DNA of 64,000 bases, taken from Myxococcales bacterium. GTDB lineage: Bacteria; Myxococcota_A; Polyangia; Polyangiales; DASUME01. The DNA is taken from assembly GCA_047601445.1 (NCBI GenBank), contig JASGJH010000001.1, forward strand, positions 5,920,001 through 5,984,000, written 5' to 3'. A model generated the notes under the pieces. It was not told the origin of the DNA. It was given only the letters and a program-made list of their open reading frames with translations, and ran no database searches. Both the position numbers and the translations under genes were made by a program. Of this stretch, positions 38,625 to 50,605 are shown piece after piece. Position 1 is the first letter of the stretch; every line of letters starts with the position of its first letter.

Positions 38625-39608
38625 TTAGGACTGGGTGCTCTCCGACTCCATGTTGGTGCGGCGGTAGCTCGCGGGGGAGAGCCCGACCTCGCGCTTGAAA
38701 GCACGGCTCAACGCGAACTCGGTGCCGTAGCCCACTTGCTGCGCGATCTCCGCCAGGCTGCAGTTGCTCGTGCGCAGCAGTGCGGCCGCCAGCTGAATAC
38801 GCCACTGGGCGAGGTACTGGATGGGTGCCATTCCCATCAGCTGACCAAAGCGTTCGGCCAGCGTGGAGCGCGACACGCCGGCCTCCTTGGCGAGCTCTTC
38901 GAGGCTCCAGGCGTGGGCGGGTCGCTGGTGGATTTGCTGCAGCGCTCGGCCCACGTTCGGATCCTGTAGGCCTGCCAAAAATCCAACCTGACCAGGGGGC
39001 AAAGTGGCCACGTGGCGTCGTACCAATTCCACGAACAGCAGTTCACTCAGGCGCGACAGCACGCAATCGCTGCCGGGTCCGGGCGCGCTGGTCTCGGCCA
39101 CGGCGAGCTCTACCAGCTTGCGTAGCGCGCTGTCGTTCTCGTTGCTGCCGCGCAGGTGAATCATGCGCGGCAGCGTGGAGAGCAGCGGGTTGAAGGGCTT
39201 GGCGTCGCAGCCGAAGAACCCGCAGATCACGCTCACCTCGTCCTTGCCGCCACCGCGGATGGAGATGGGCACGGGGAGGCGCTGCTCGTGCAGGGAGCGA
39301 TAGGGTTCGATCACGGGCTCGCCGCGTGCGCCCGGTGCGCTCGAGAGTACGTGGCGATCGCCCTGGGGGAACGCAATCACGTCGCCCGCCTGAAGCTGCA
39401 CGTGGGGGCCCTCGACGAGTCCCGCCCAGCAAGAGCCCTTGGTCACGAGGTGATACTCGATGACATGCTCGGCGTTCGGCATGATGAAGCGCGCGATGCT
39501 GGAGGCGTCCGGGGCTTCGGCGACCCAGGGGGTTGACGCGTCGATGGAGAAGAACACTGCGCCGGTGAGCCTGACCGCGCGCAGCACCTCCGACAGAGGA
39601 TCCCTCAC
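38625..39608 (-). CDS. AraC family transcriptional regulator (cupin N-domain)
   Basis: DPLSEVL, YHLV..GSCW, WSLEELA..SRS and VGYGTEFALSRAFKR motifs. Confidence 0.94.
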   Translation of the reverse strand: MRDPLSEVLRAVRLTGAVFFSIDASTPWVAEAPDASSIARFIMPNAEHVIEYHLVTKGSCWAGLVEGPHVQLQAGDVIAFPQGDRHVLSSAPGARGEPVIEPYRSLHEQRLPVPISIRGGGKDEVSVICGFFGCDAKPFNPLLSTLPRMIHLRGSNENDSALRKLVELAVAETSAPGPGSDCVLSRLSELLFVELVRRHVATLPPGQVGFLAGLQDPNVGRALQQIHQRPAHAWSLEELAKEAGVSRSTLAERFGQLMGMAPIQYLAQWRIQLAAALLRTSNCSLAEIAQQVGYGTEFALSRAFKREVGLSPASYRRTNMESESTQS

Positions 39609-39810
39609 GTTTGTTTGCCCTTTCCGCCGTTCTGCACGCGATTTCTAGCACAGGGGTGTCTCGGGCGGACCTGAACGGGGATCGAAGCGGCCCGCGTAAC
39701 GCTCACCGGTCGAGCGCGTACTGATCGGCATGCGAGCGCACGAGCGTGATGAAAAGGCGGGCGGGGCGGCTCCCAGCAGCACCTGCCTCGCGAGTGCCAC
39801 GGGCAGTGGT

Positions 39811-40179
39811 GTGGCGTCTTACACCGAAGTTTTGCCCTCATTTCTCGAGGTCGCCCGGGCCTGCACCCGCGATCACGAGCTCTCCTCGGAGCGAGTCCAG
39901 GCTTTCCAGGGGGTGTTCGAACACCTCGTGGACAGCACCCGGAAGCCAGGCTCCATGCGCTGGTCCTTCAGCAACTCTCCGGGCGTGGAGCGCCATGTGC
40001 GCGAACTCGCGCGCAGGGAGCATCGCTGTTGGCCCGAGCTCACGTTCGCGGTGAGTGTACAGGCCGATCTCATCGTTTGGCAGGCCTGCGGCACGGCCGA
40101 AACTGCGGACTCGCTGGAGGCGCTCTATCGCCTGCGCGAGCTACGCGCGGCCGAGCCCACACTTCCAGCGTCGAACTAG
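39811..40179 (+). CDS. Hypothetical protein; start uncertain
   Basis: ACT..ER..F..ELARREHRCWP..F pattern recalls small metal-linked hypothetical proteins. Confidence 0.5.
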   Translation: MASYTEVLPSFLEVARACTRDHELSSERVQAFQGVFEHLVDSTRKPGSMRWSFSNSPGVERHVRELARREHRCWPELTFAVSVQADLIVWQACGTAETADSLEALYRLRELRAAEPTLPASN

Positions 40180-40188
40180 GAAGAACTC

Positions 40189-42317
40189 CTAGGGCAGCGG
40201 GACGATGAAGGCGTCGCTCGAGGTGTTGTCGTCGTTCACGACGATGTCGTCGGCCGCCGTGTGGAACACCACGAAGTCTCCGCTCGACGAGATCACGGAG
40301 TCGTACCCGGTGCCGCCGCTCGGCGCTGAACCCAAGAAGCTCTTGGACACCAGGGTGAAGGCCTGGGTACCGCGGTCGAACGCGTAGGTCTGCACGAAGC
40401 CGCTGACCTCGTCCGTGCGTGACGCCATCGTCGAGAACACGAGCCGCTGACCGTCACTGGAGAGCGAGGGCCCCGAGCAATAGTCTTGTGAGCCGTTCGG
40501 GTCGAGGTCGAGGTTCACGCGCGACCAGGCGCTCGTACTCCGCGTGTACACCCAGATGTCCGTCTTGCCGGTGAGGTCCGTGCTCGGGCCGAGGTTGGTG
40601 GCGGCCGAGCTGACCGCGATCACGTTGCCGTCGCTGCTAACGGCCGGGCGATCACTCGCGGCGTTGGCGGCCTCGGTCGAACCGTAGGCGTGGCTGATGC
40701 GGCTCGTCGTGGACCCGGTGCGCATGAAGACGTCGCTGCGACCGTCGGTGTCGACCACGCCGTCGACCAGGTTCTTGGCCAGACTGGCGAAGACCACCAC
40801 GCTCCCGTCCCCGCTGATGGCGGGTGCGCTGGAGGCACCATTGGCCTCCGTTCCGGCGCTGCTCACGCTCAGGCGGACCGTCGTGCCGAGCGTGCGGTCG
40901 CGGAGGAAGACGTCATCCACGTTGTTGGTGTCGGTGGCGATCAGGTTGGAAGCCGAGCTCCGGAACACGACGTAGCGCCCGTCGTCGCTGATGCCCGGGC
41001 GTTCTTCGTCGAACTGGGGCGGGAACGAGGCCGCGTTGGCCTCCGATTCGTCGCTCGACAAGCTGATGCGCTCGAAGCTCGCGTTCTTGGTGTCGTACAC
41101 GTAGACGTCGGCCACGCCGTTGGTGTCATTCCCCACGAGGGCGCGGTCCGAATAGAACGCGATGTAGCGCCCGTCGGGTGTCATGACGGGGCGCTCGTTG
41201 TGGCCGAACCCGGAGGTGATGCGCTTCGTGGTCTTGGCCTGACGATCACGCAGGAAGATCTCGGTGTACGAGGCATAACCGTCGAGGTTCTTGGCGTTGG
41301 ACTCGAAGGCGACGTAGCGGCCGTCGCTGCTGACCGCGGCGCGCAAGCTGTACGAGTCACCGATCACAGGGTTGGGATCGCTGCTCTGGCTTACCAGCTC
41401 GGCACCGTTCTTGGCGCTCGAGATCAGGAGGACGTCGAAGCTCCGCTCGCTGGACAACCCTTCGGCGTCCTGGATCTTCAGCGTGACCGTCGCGGAGCCG
41501 GCCCCGGAGGTGGCGGGAACAAGCGTGATGTCGCGGTACACGTGGCCCGGGCTGGACGCGTTGGCGCCATAGGCCGCGCCGATCTGGATCCCGTTGTCCG
41601 GCAAGAAGGCTTGGTTGGACGAGCTGGCTGTCACCGTGAGCGTGGCGAGATTGGAATCGTCGTAGATATGCGCCTTGAAAGGCTTGATCGGCGTGCCCGC
41701 GAGGGTACCTATGTCGACGATGGGGAAGAACGCGGGCGTGCCGTTGACCCGCAGGTTCATGGACTGGGTCACCTTGCTGGTTCCATCGTCGGCGGTGACG
41801 GTGACCTGGTAGAGGTTCGGGACAGAGGTCTTCACGGGTGCAAAGGTGATGTTGCGCGCGCTCCCCGAGCCGCCGAAGACGAGTGTGCCCACGTCGGTGA
41901 ACGTGCCCTCCGGCGTTACCGTTGCGCTCAAGGTGACGTTCGATGGATCCCCCCCGAGACGGTGAGCGGAAGCGGACCCAGTGTCTCACCTGGATTCACC
42001 ACACCGTCTGCCAGCGCCGAGAGACCAAGCGCCACCGGCGTCGTCGCGTCGCCCGCGTCCTCTCCTGCGTCGGAGGGGCGAGGTAGATCCGCGTCGGAGC
42101 CAGGCGATGCGTCCAGTGGCTCAGGCGAATCGTCGTGGATTGCGGCATCCATGGGGATTCCGCTGTCCCCTGCGGGCGGTGTCACTCCGCTGTCCAGGGA
42201 ACTCGGATTCCCCGCGTCCACATCCCCTTCCATGGGCAAGGGGCTTCCATCGTCCCCGCAAGCACCAAGCACTCCTAGACACGCCACGCGCGCGAGCAGA
42301 CCCCACCGTGCGAACAT
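40189..42317 (-). CDS. Lipoprotein with Ig-like domains and a TolB/PD40-like beta-propeller; frameshift in the C7 run at 41949-41955
   Basis: LGAC lipobox; repeated S.DGRYVAF.S and DTN.V.DV(F/Y) blades; one extra G joins ORF 41928..42365 to ORF 40189..41931. Confidence 0.85.
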
Positions 42318-42421
42318 CGAAACGCCCCCAAGGCCACCACGGGCCACGAGGCATCGATCATACACATCCGCGTGCGCGGGTCACACGACTTTGGGCCTCG
42401 GTGCACGGCTCGAGCCGGCCT

Positions 42422-43270
42422 TCAGGTGGTCGTCTCCACCCGGGCACTGCAGATGCGGTTACGCCCGGAACGCTTGGCGGCATAGAGCGCGCCGTCGGCG
42501 GCGCCGAGCAACAAGTGTGGTTCGTGCGCGTGCTCCTGGGAGTTCGCCACGCCGAAGCTCGCCGTGACGCCCTCCAGCGCGAGCTCACGCTCGATGCGTC
42601 CGCGCAGACGCTCGGCGATTTCCATGGCCTCCGCCAGGCTGCGTTCGGGCAAGACCACGCAGAACTCTTCGCCGCCGTAGCGCGCCGCCATGTCGGTGTT
42701 GCGCACGGAGTCACGCAGCAGGGCACTGATCTTCACCAGCACGCTGTCACCGGCCAGATGGCCCAGGCGATCGTTGAAGTCCTTGAAGTGGTCCAGGTCG
42801 ATCATGATCACGCTGACCAGGCCCCTCGGGTTCGCAAGCGCGCGCTTCAGGCACACGCGCAGCGTCTCGCGATCGTAGAGGCCCGTCAGCGCGTCGCGCG
42901 TGGCCGAGTCCATCAGCCGCGTGAGCTTGAGCTCGTCGATCAGGGCGGGTCGGTTGAAGGCACCCTCCATGTTGGTCAGATAGTCCAGCGCCGCCACGGC
43001 CACTCCGGGGCTGCGACCGAGCAGCGCCGTCAGGTGATCGCGGTGGCAGAGGATGCGCATCCAGACCTCCTGGGCTCGATGATCCGCGTAACGCTTGTGG
43101 GTGAGCACGAACAGCAGATCGCCGTAGTAGCTCCTCCCCTCCAGCCGCATGCGCCTGCACGCTCGCAGCGTGGTCTGGTTCGAGCTCTGCTCGCCGGCCT
43201 CCGCCAGCACGTGCTCGTAGGTGACTCTTTCTGACTGCAGCGTGCCCGGCCAAAGCTCCGAAGTCGGCAT
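42422..43270 (-). CDS. Diguanylate cyclase (GGDEF)
   Basis: DALTGL, DLDHFKDFND, RNTD I-site and GGEEF motifs. Confidence 0.92.
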   Translation of the reverse strand: MPTSELWPGTLQSERVTYEHVLAEAGEQSSNQTTLRACRRMRLEGRSYYGDLLFVLTHKRYADHRAQEVWMRILCHRDHLTALLGRSPGVAVAALDYLTNMEGAFNRPALIDELKLTRLMDSATRDALTGLYDRETLRVCLKRALANPRGLVSVIMIDLDHFKDFNDRLGHLAGDSVLVKISALLRDSVRNTDMAARYGGEEFCVVLPERSLAEAMEIAERLRGRIERELALEGVTASFGVANSQEHAHEPHLLLGAADGALYAAKRSGRNRICSARVETTT

Positions 43271-43403
43271 CTCTTCGAACACGGATCGCCCCCTCTTGTT
43301 CTGCGTGCGTTCCCTGGCTGACGGGTGGGATGAGCGCCTACGTGGCATGCCCTACTTCGTGCGCCGATCCACGCCCCACCATGGATTTCATGCACAAAAC
43401 ACG

Positions 43404-43419
43404 TGCACCAACCGTGCCT
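43404..43419 (-). promoter_or_regulatory. Possible sigma54 promoter for the GGDEF gene
   Basis: Minus strand AGGCACG-GTTG-GTGCA (GG-N10-GC). Confidence 0.4.
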
Positions 43420-43651
43420 TCGCCGCGCTCATTCGTTCGCGCACGCCAACCACGCGGACTTTCGCGAACTCGATCGGCTCGGCGTGCCAAAGGCGCACGG
43501 GGCGTTATGGCGGGTGTTGCATCGGGCCACGGGTGAAAGGTGGGCGCGGCGCGGCGAGTGTCCGAGGGCGCGCCCGCTTTTCGCCTCGCGGCCCTGGCTC
43601 GCGCGCTTGCGTGAGCCCGCAAGCAAGTGCGTAGGCGCGAGCCTGAGCGGA

Positions 43652-44440
43652 TCAGAAGCGCAAACGCAGGTCGATTCCTGCCTGGGTACCGCTCACGTTC
43701 AGCTGGGTATCGAGGTCTTTCAAGATCGCCCGGCGGGTCGGCGTGATGGCGTTGATCTCCCGCGTGAGCCGGGCGCGCTGGCGCTTGCGGATGGCCAAGA
43801 ACACTCCCGACACCACGCCCGCTGCCAGCGGCGCGAGGCTCGACAGGATCAACCCGCGCGCGACTCGCCGCGCGTGTGCCTCGTCGCTCTTGTCCACGTC
43901 GCCATCGTTGTCCTTGTCGTAGGTGTCCGCATCCGGCACGCAGTCGTCCTTGTCCAGCTCTCGCTTGATGCTCTCGGCGTTGCCAAAGGCCACCAGCGCG
44001 CCGTAGGCCAAGATGCCCGCCACACTCAGGGCGGCGATGGTGCCGATGCGAGGGCCCCAGACCTTGACCTCCTTGCGCTGCGTCTCGAGCGCGATCTGCT
44101 TTTGCTCGAGCTCCACCAGGCGATGACTCAACTCGTGCACCTTCAGGTGTTCGGGCTCGGGCGTGGGCACGGCGGCCGGCGGGGGCGCCACCGAGAGCGA
44201 GGAGGCCTGGGGGGCTGGTGCCGCCTCCGATGCGGTCGTTGGTGCGGCAGGACCGGCAGCAGGCACTGGGGCAAGCACCTCGGGGGCTGCGGGGGCCATG
44301 GCGGGTCCTGGAGCGCTGGCGGCCGGCGGCGCCGGGTTCGGGGTCGCTGCCGGGCTGGTCTGGGCGGCGGCCCAGGCGGGCGTCTGCAGCGCCCAAAAGG
44401 CCACTATCAACAAGGTCGGGGAGAACTTTGGAAGGGTCAT
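43652..44440 (-). CDS. Hypothetical exported/membrane protein
   Basis: Signal peptide, Pro/Ala linker, coiled coil, two hydrophobic segments, C-terminal GIDLRLRF. Confidence 0.75.
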   Translation of the reverse strand: MTLPKFSPTLLIVAFWALQTPAWAAAQTSPAATPNPAPPAASAPGPAMAPAAPEVLAPVPAAGPAAPTTASEAAPAPQASSLSVAPPPAAVPTPEPEHLKVHELSHRLVELEQKQIALETQRKEVKVWGPRIGTIAALSVAGILAYGALVAFGNAESIKRELDKDDCVPDADTYDKDNDGDVDKSDEAHARRVARGLILSSLAPLAAGVVSGVFLAIRKRQRARLTREINAITPTRRAILKDLDTQLNVSGTQAGIDLRLRF

Positions 44441-44584
44441 GGCGGGGTTCGTACTGTGGACACTCACGGGTCTCAACTGTCCCGCTCGACCTGAGGCTGA
44501 CCTCAGTGACGCCTTTCGTTGACAAGCCTCGCCAGCCCCGCGTAGAGCGTTGGCCGGACTCTCCCTGCCCGGAAGGACACGTTC

Positions 44585-45682
44585 ATGGCGACGAGCTACG
44601 CGCGACACTGGACCCGCGCCACGATGCACCTCACGACCCTCGGCCTGTTGGGCGCCCTGTGCGGCTGCGGGAGCGACGCCGAGCCCAGCCCGGGCGCAGT
44701 CAACACCGACGCGGCGCGCATCTACGCCACCATCTCGGGCAAAGACGAGGTGGTGGTCATCGACGACGAGAGCCACGTCATCCTCGACACCATCAAGGTG
44801 GGCAAGGGGCCGGCCATTTTGCTCCACAGCCCCGACTACAAGAAGCTCTACAGCGCGAACTGGGAGGACAACAGCGTTTCCGTCATCGATACGACGAGCA
44901 ACGAAGCGCGCTCCATCACGGTGAAGGATCGTCCCTACGTGATCGCGCTCTCACCGGACGGCAAGCGACTCTATGCGGGCCTCAACAACAACGAGATCGC
45001 GGTGATCGACACCGCGAGCGAGAGCGTGGCCCAGAGCTTCCCGACCGACGAGCTGGCGTCCTCCATCATCGTGAGCCCCGACGGGCAGACGCTCTACGTA
45101 GCCACCGGTCTCGGCGCGGGGTCCCTGCGCGCGATCTCCTCGACGGACGGCTCGCTGATCAAGCCGCCCATCCCGGTGGGGAGCTCGCCCGACTGGATCA
45201 CCATCGGCAAGGACGGTTCCAAGGTCTACACGCTCAACTTCCTCTCGGACGACATCTCCGTGGTGGACACGGCCAGCTTCAGCGTGGCGAAGACCATCAC
45301 GACGGGTACCGGCAGCCTGGGCATCATCGGCAACGTGACGCCGGACGGCTCGCGTCTGTACGTGACGAACTTCGGTGCCGCGGACCTGATCGGCATCGAC
45401 ACCGCCACCAACCAAGTCGTGCAGACCATCCCTCTCCACGGTCGTCCGGTGGGCATCAACTTCGACCCCGAGGGCAAGCGCCTCTACGTCACGGACTTCG
45501 GCCCGGAATCGCTGGGCGAATCGCCCGTCGACGGCTCACAGTTCTTGCTCACCGGCATGTACACCAAGACCTATCCCGGCCAGGTCAGCGTCTTTGATCG
45601 CGAGACCGGCACGCAGATCGGTGACACCGTGACGGTGGGCCCCGGCGCCACCAGCGTCGTCCTGGTGCCTGCGGCGAACTGA
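44585..45682 (+). CDS. YVTN/YncE beta-propeller lipoprotein
   Basis: LCGC lipobox; repeated SPDG..LYV(T/A)N..VSVIDT blades. Confidence 0.92.
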   Translation: MATSYARHWTRATMHLTTLGLLGALCGCGSDAEPSPGAVNTDAARIYATISGKDEVVVIDDESHVILDTIKVGKGPAILLHSPDYKKLYSANWEDNSVSVIDTTSNEARSITVKDRPYVIALSPDGKRLYAGLNNNEIAVIDTASESVAQSFPTDELASSIIVSPDGQTLYVATGLGAGSLRAISSTDGSLIKPPIPVGSSPDWITIGKDGSKVYTLNFLSDDISVVDTASFSVAKTITTGTGSLGIIGNVTPDGSRLYVTNFGAADLIGIDTATNQVVQTIPLHGRPVGINFDPEGKRLYVTDFGPESLGESPVDGSQFLLTGMYTKTYPGQVSVFDRETGTQIGDTVTVGPGATSVVLVPAAN

Positions 45683-45740
45683 GCGTGAGCGCTCGCGCGC
45701 CGGCGCGACGAGCGTCCGCGCGCTCGTGCAGTCCCAAAGC

Positions 45741-45770
45741 AAACGGCCGGCTCCACGCGGAACCGGCCGT
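45741..45770 (-). terminator. Hairpin, probable intrinsic terminator between convergent genes
   Basis: ACGGCCGG-CTCCACGCGGAA-CCGGCCGT, followed by a short T run on the minus strand. Confidence 0.5.
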
Positions 45771-45798
45771 GCTTCTGTGCCTCGAGGGAGAGCTTCGC

Positions 45799-47595
<1,797 letters not shown>

Positions 47596-47760
47596 GAGCT
47601 CAATTTCTCCAGCGAGGGCTGTTGTAACTGGCCTTGGCGGTCAAGCAACCGGTGTCGAAATGGTAGCCATGTCAGCTAGCCCGCAGGCTTTGTTTCTCGG
47701 GTATGTCCGAGGCCCCGGCGCCTGCGTGCGCAGACTCCGGTGCGCTCGGGAAAACTCTCC

Positions 47761-49491
47761 TCATGAGCTACACGAGAGCATCGAGCAGCCCGCGCGATTC
47801 CTCGCCCATTCAGGGCGTTTGGCTGCGAAGGCCTCGCGCCCTGGCTGCTCGTCATAGGGATGTCTCAAGACCTCCAGGAGCTCGTCCACCAGCGTGGGCC
47901 CCTCCGTGCGGGGCTCGGCTTCGGCCTGGTCGATAGCCATTTGGGCTAGGTAATTGCGGAAGATGAATCGGGGATTCACCCGGTTCATGCGGGCGCGGCG
48001 CTGCGCGTGCGGGGTGCCGTCGGCGGCCACGCGGGCGAGGTAGCGACGGACCCAGTTCGCGAGCTCGTGCTTGGCCGTGGCGCTCTCGGACGAGCTGCTG
48101 TCGGGCTGATAGAAGGCCTCGCGCAGGGGAGTGAGGAGTTCTTCATCAGAGGCGCCAGAGATGGAGGAGCCGGCGGCAGGGGCCACGTCGGCCAGGCCGC
48201 GGTAGAAGAGCGTGAAGTCGATCTCCGTGAGCTTGAGCACGCGGAACAGCTCGTTCACGAGCTCCTGGTCGGGGGGCAGCACCGCGTCGCCGTGCAGGTG
48301 AGGCTCCACGTGGAAGCTGTTCAGCCCGAGCTTCTGCGCGAGCATCCCGCGCAATCCGGATTCCAAGGTCTCCCCATACACCGCCAGGGCCTGCTCGAGC
48401 GGCTCCGGGGCATCGAACAGGGCGTACAGCGCGTTGGCCAGGCGCAGCAGGTTCCACTGCGCGATGCCGGGCTGGTTCTCGAAGCGATAGCGACGCCCCG
48501 AAGCGTCGGTGATGTTGGGGGTGAAACCGGGATCGTAGGGCTCCACGAATCCGTAGGGCCCGTAGTCGATGGTGAGCCCGAGGATGGACATGTTGTCCGT
48601 GTTCATCACGCCGTGCACGAAGCCCACGCGCATCCAGTGCACGATCATCACGGCGGTGCGTCGACAGACCTCGGTCAGCAGCGCCACGTAGCTGGACGGA
48701 GCGCGGGGATCGCCGAGCTCGGGGTAATGCGTAGCGATGGTGTACGCGAGCAGCTTGCGCATCAGCTCGTGCTCGTCGCGCGCGGCCAGGATCTCGAAAT
48801 TGCCGAAGCGCAGGAACGAGGGGGCCACGCGGCACACCACGGCGCCGGGCTCGTAGCGCGGGTGTCCGTCGTAGAGGATGTCGCGCACCACTTGCTCGCC
48901 CGTGGTGACCAAGCTCAGCGCGCGCGTGGTGGGCACGCCCAGATGGAACATGGCCTCGCTACACAGGAACTCGCGCAGCGAAGAGCGCAGCACGGCGCGC
49001 CCGTCGGCGGTGCGGGAGTAGGGTGTGGGCCCCGCGCCCTTGAGCTGCAGCTCCCAGCGCTCGCTGCGCGCGTTGACGGTTTCACCCAGCGTCATGGCGC
49101 GTCCGTCACCGAGCTGGCCCGCCCAATTTCCGAACTGATGCCCGCCATAACAGGCTGCGAAGGGCTCCATCCCGGAGAGCAGACGGTTGCCCGAGAACAC
49201 CTCTGCGAGCTCGGCGGCATCGAGCTGGCTCGGCGCGAGTCCCAGCAGCTCCGCCACTTCGGCCGAGAAGCCGATCAGCTCGGGCGCCCGCACCTGCGTG
49301 GGCGAGACCCGCGAGAAGCACGCGCCGCGCACCTGTCGCACGCGGCGTTCGCTGCTGGGATCCGCCGGCAAGCTGCGCACGAAGCTGTTGTCGAAGCGGA
49401 GGGAGTCGAGCGTGCCTTTCGCAATGCCCGCGGAACCCTCGGCGCCCTGGGCGCGCGCGCCCGCAAGAACATCATCGACCGCACTACTCAA
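47761..49491 (-). CDS. selO: Protein adenylyltransferase SelO/YdiU
   Basis: YGGHQFG, QLGDGRA, LKGAG, DGRAVLRS, HGVMNTDN and IDYGP motifs; C-terminal GCSMLSCSS. Confidence 0.96.
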   Translation of the reverse strand: MSSAVDDVLAGARAQGAEGSAGIAKGTLDSLRFDNSFVRSLPADPSSERRVRQVRGACFSRVSPTQVRAPELIGFSAEVAELLGLAPSQLDAAELAEVFSGNRLLSGMEPFAACYGGHQFGNWAGQLGDGRAMTLGETVNARSERWELQLKGAGPTPYSRTADGRAVLRSSLREFLCSEAMFHLGVPTTRALSLVTTGEQVVRDILYDGHPRYEPGAVVCRVAPSFLRFGNFEILAARDEHELMRKLLAYTIATHYPELGDPRAPSSYVALLTEVCRRTAVMIVHWMRVGFVHGVMNTDNMSILGLTIDYGPYGFVEPYDPGFTPNITDASGRRYRFENQPGIAQWNLLRLANALYALFDAPEPLEQALAVYGETLESGLRGMLAQKLGLNSFHVEPHLHGDAVLPPDQELVNELFRVLKLTEIDFTLFYRGLADVAPAAGSSISGASDEELLTPLREAFYQPDSSSSESATAKHELANWVRRYLARVAADGTPHAQRRARMNRVNPRFIFRNYLAQMAIDQAEAEPRTEGPTLVDELLEVLRHPYDEQPGREAFAAKRPEWARNRAGCSMLSCSS

Positions 49492-49497
49492 CGGATC

Positions 49498-50529
49498 TCA
49501 CTGCCTTTCTGCCGTGTACACGTCGACCCGCTGTTGCTCGGGGCGTTCCCTGCGAACCGTCAGCGTGTTGCCCTGCACGCAGTAGCTTAACACCTCGCTC
49601 GGCGCGCTTCCGCCCGCCTCGGTCAGCTGCAGCATCGCACCCTGGAGGGTGTAGGTGCCCATGCCTGTCTCGGGCGTGGTTTCTGGAGTTAAATTGCGGA
49701 CGCACAGCTCGCCCATGGGGATGCCTCCCAGATCCGCACAGGTGACTGGGCTGCCCTGTTTGGCGGAGAGCTCGTCGAGGCAGCTTGCGGGGATCTGCAA
49801 GCTCGGGTTGAGGGTCACCATCTGCTCGATGCTGTAGGACAGGTCGGCGCCGAAGGTGGTGTTGCCGGTGACGCCGATGGCCACCACGGGCACCGGCTTC
49901 ATGCTGCAGCTGGCCACCTCGCTCGGCAGTGTGACGCCGAGCGCCTCGGGGGGTGCCGAGATGCAGCCGGTCTTGAAGGCCCAGCTGCCCACGACGTCGC
50001 CGCCACAGGCCACGAAGTCCGCGCCGCAAGAGCCGGGAGCAGGAGCGTTCTTCGGGTTCAGGATCACCGTATAGAGGCTGAAGTGGGCGACCTCGGCGCT
50101 GATCTTCCCGTCCTTGCCCTTGGGGTTGGGCAGCGCCTGCCAAGTGTTCGACTCCTTGTCGAGCACCGCCACGTCCACGCGCTTGTCGGCTGGCACCGTG
50201 ACCTTGGACACGTCGAACTCGAGTTCGGCCGGCGCCTTGAAGCTCAGGCCGTCGGGGCCGAAGTCGTAGGCGTCGATCGCGATCTCTTTGCTCGAGGGCA
50301 GGTCCTTCTTGGACACCACCTTCAGTTCGATCTGGGTGTCTTGATCGAGCGCTCCCGCAGGGATCTTGAGCTTGGCCGCGCCCAGGCTGACCTCGGCCGC
50401 TTCCCCGGCCTTCACCAGCTGCGAGGTCATCTCGCCCACGTAGCTCTCCGGTGTCGGTGTGTCGCCCGAGTCACCGCAGGCCGTGAGCAACCAACCAACC
50501 ACCACCCAAGTTCTCAGCGCTCGCACCAT
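49498..50529 (-). CDS. Lipoprotein with ZU5-like domain
   Basis: LTAC lipobox; LKIPAGAL, FGPDGLSF and VAHFSLY motifs; ACGGDVVGSW Cys-rich module. Confidence 0.78.
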   Translation of the reverse strand: MVRALRTWVVVGWLLTACGDSGDTPTPESYVGEMTSQLVKAGEAAEVSLGAAKLKIPAGALDQDTQIELKVVSKKDLPSSKEIAIDAYDFGPDGLSFKAPAELEFDVSKVTVPADKRVDVAVLDKESNTWQALPNPKGKDGKISAEVAHFSLYTVILNPKNAPAPGSCGADFVACGGDVVGSWAFKTGCISAPPEALGVTLPSEVASCSMKPVPVVAIGVTGNTTFGADLSYSIEQMVTLNPSLQIPASCLDELSAKQGSPVTCADLGGIPMGELCVRNLTPETTPETGMGTYTLQGAMLQLTEAGGSAPSEVLSYCVQGNTLTVRRERPEQQRVDVYTAERQ

Positions 50530-50605
50530 GTAACCCCCCACCCGAACCGCGATTCTAGCCCCATTCTCGGGTTTAGGGGTGGGTCGTGGGGGGCGCGTTC
50601 GAAAG

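Noticed and set aside
40690..42567. Long opposite-strand and alternative-frame ORFs (also 8477..9991, 23494..24807, 48007..49590, 62524..63972)
   Set aside because: They overlap well-supported genes, lack motifs, and are expected in GC-rich DNA
47761..47790. Selenocysteine read-through in SelO
   Set aside because: The C-terminus is CSMLSCSS with Cys codons, and TGA falls at the normal end
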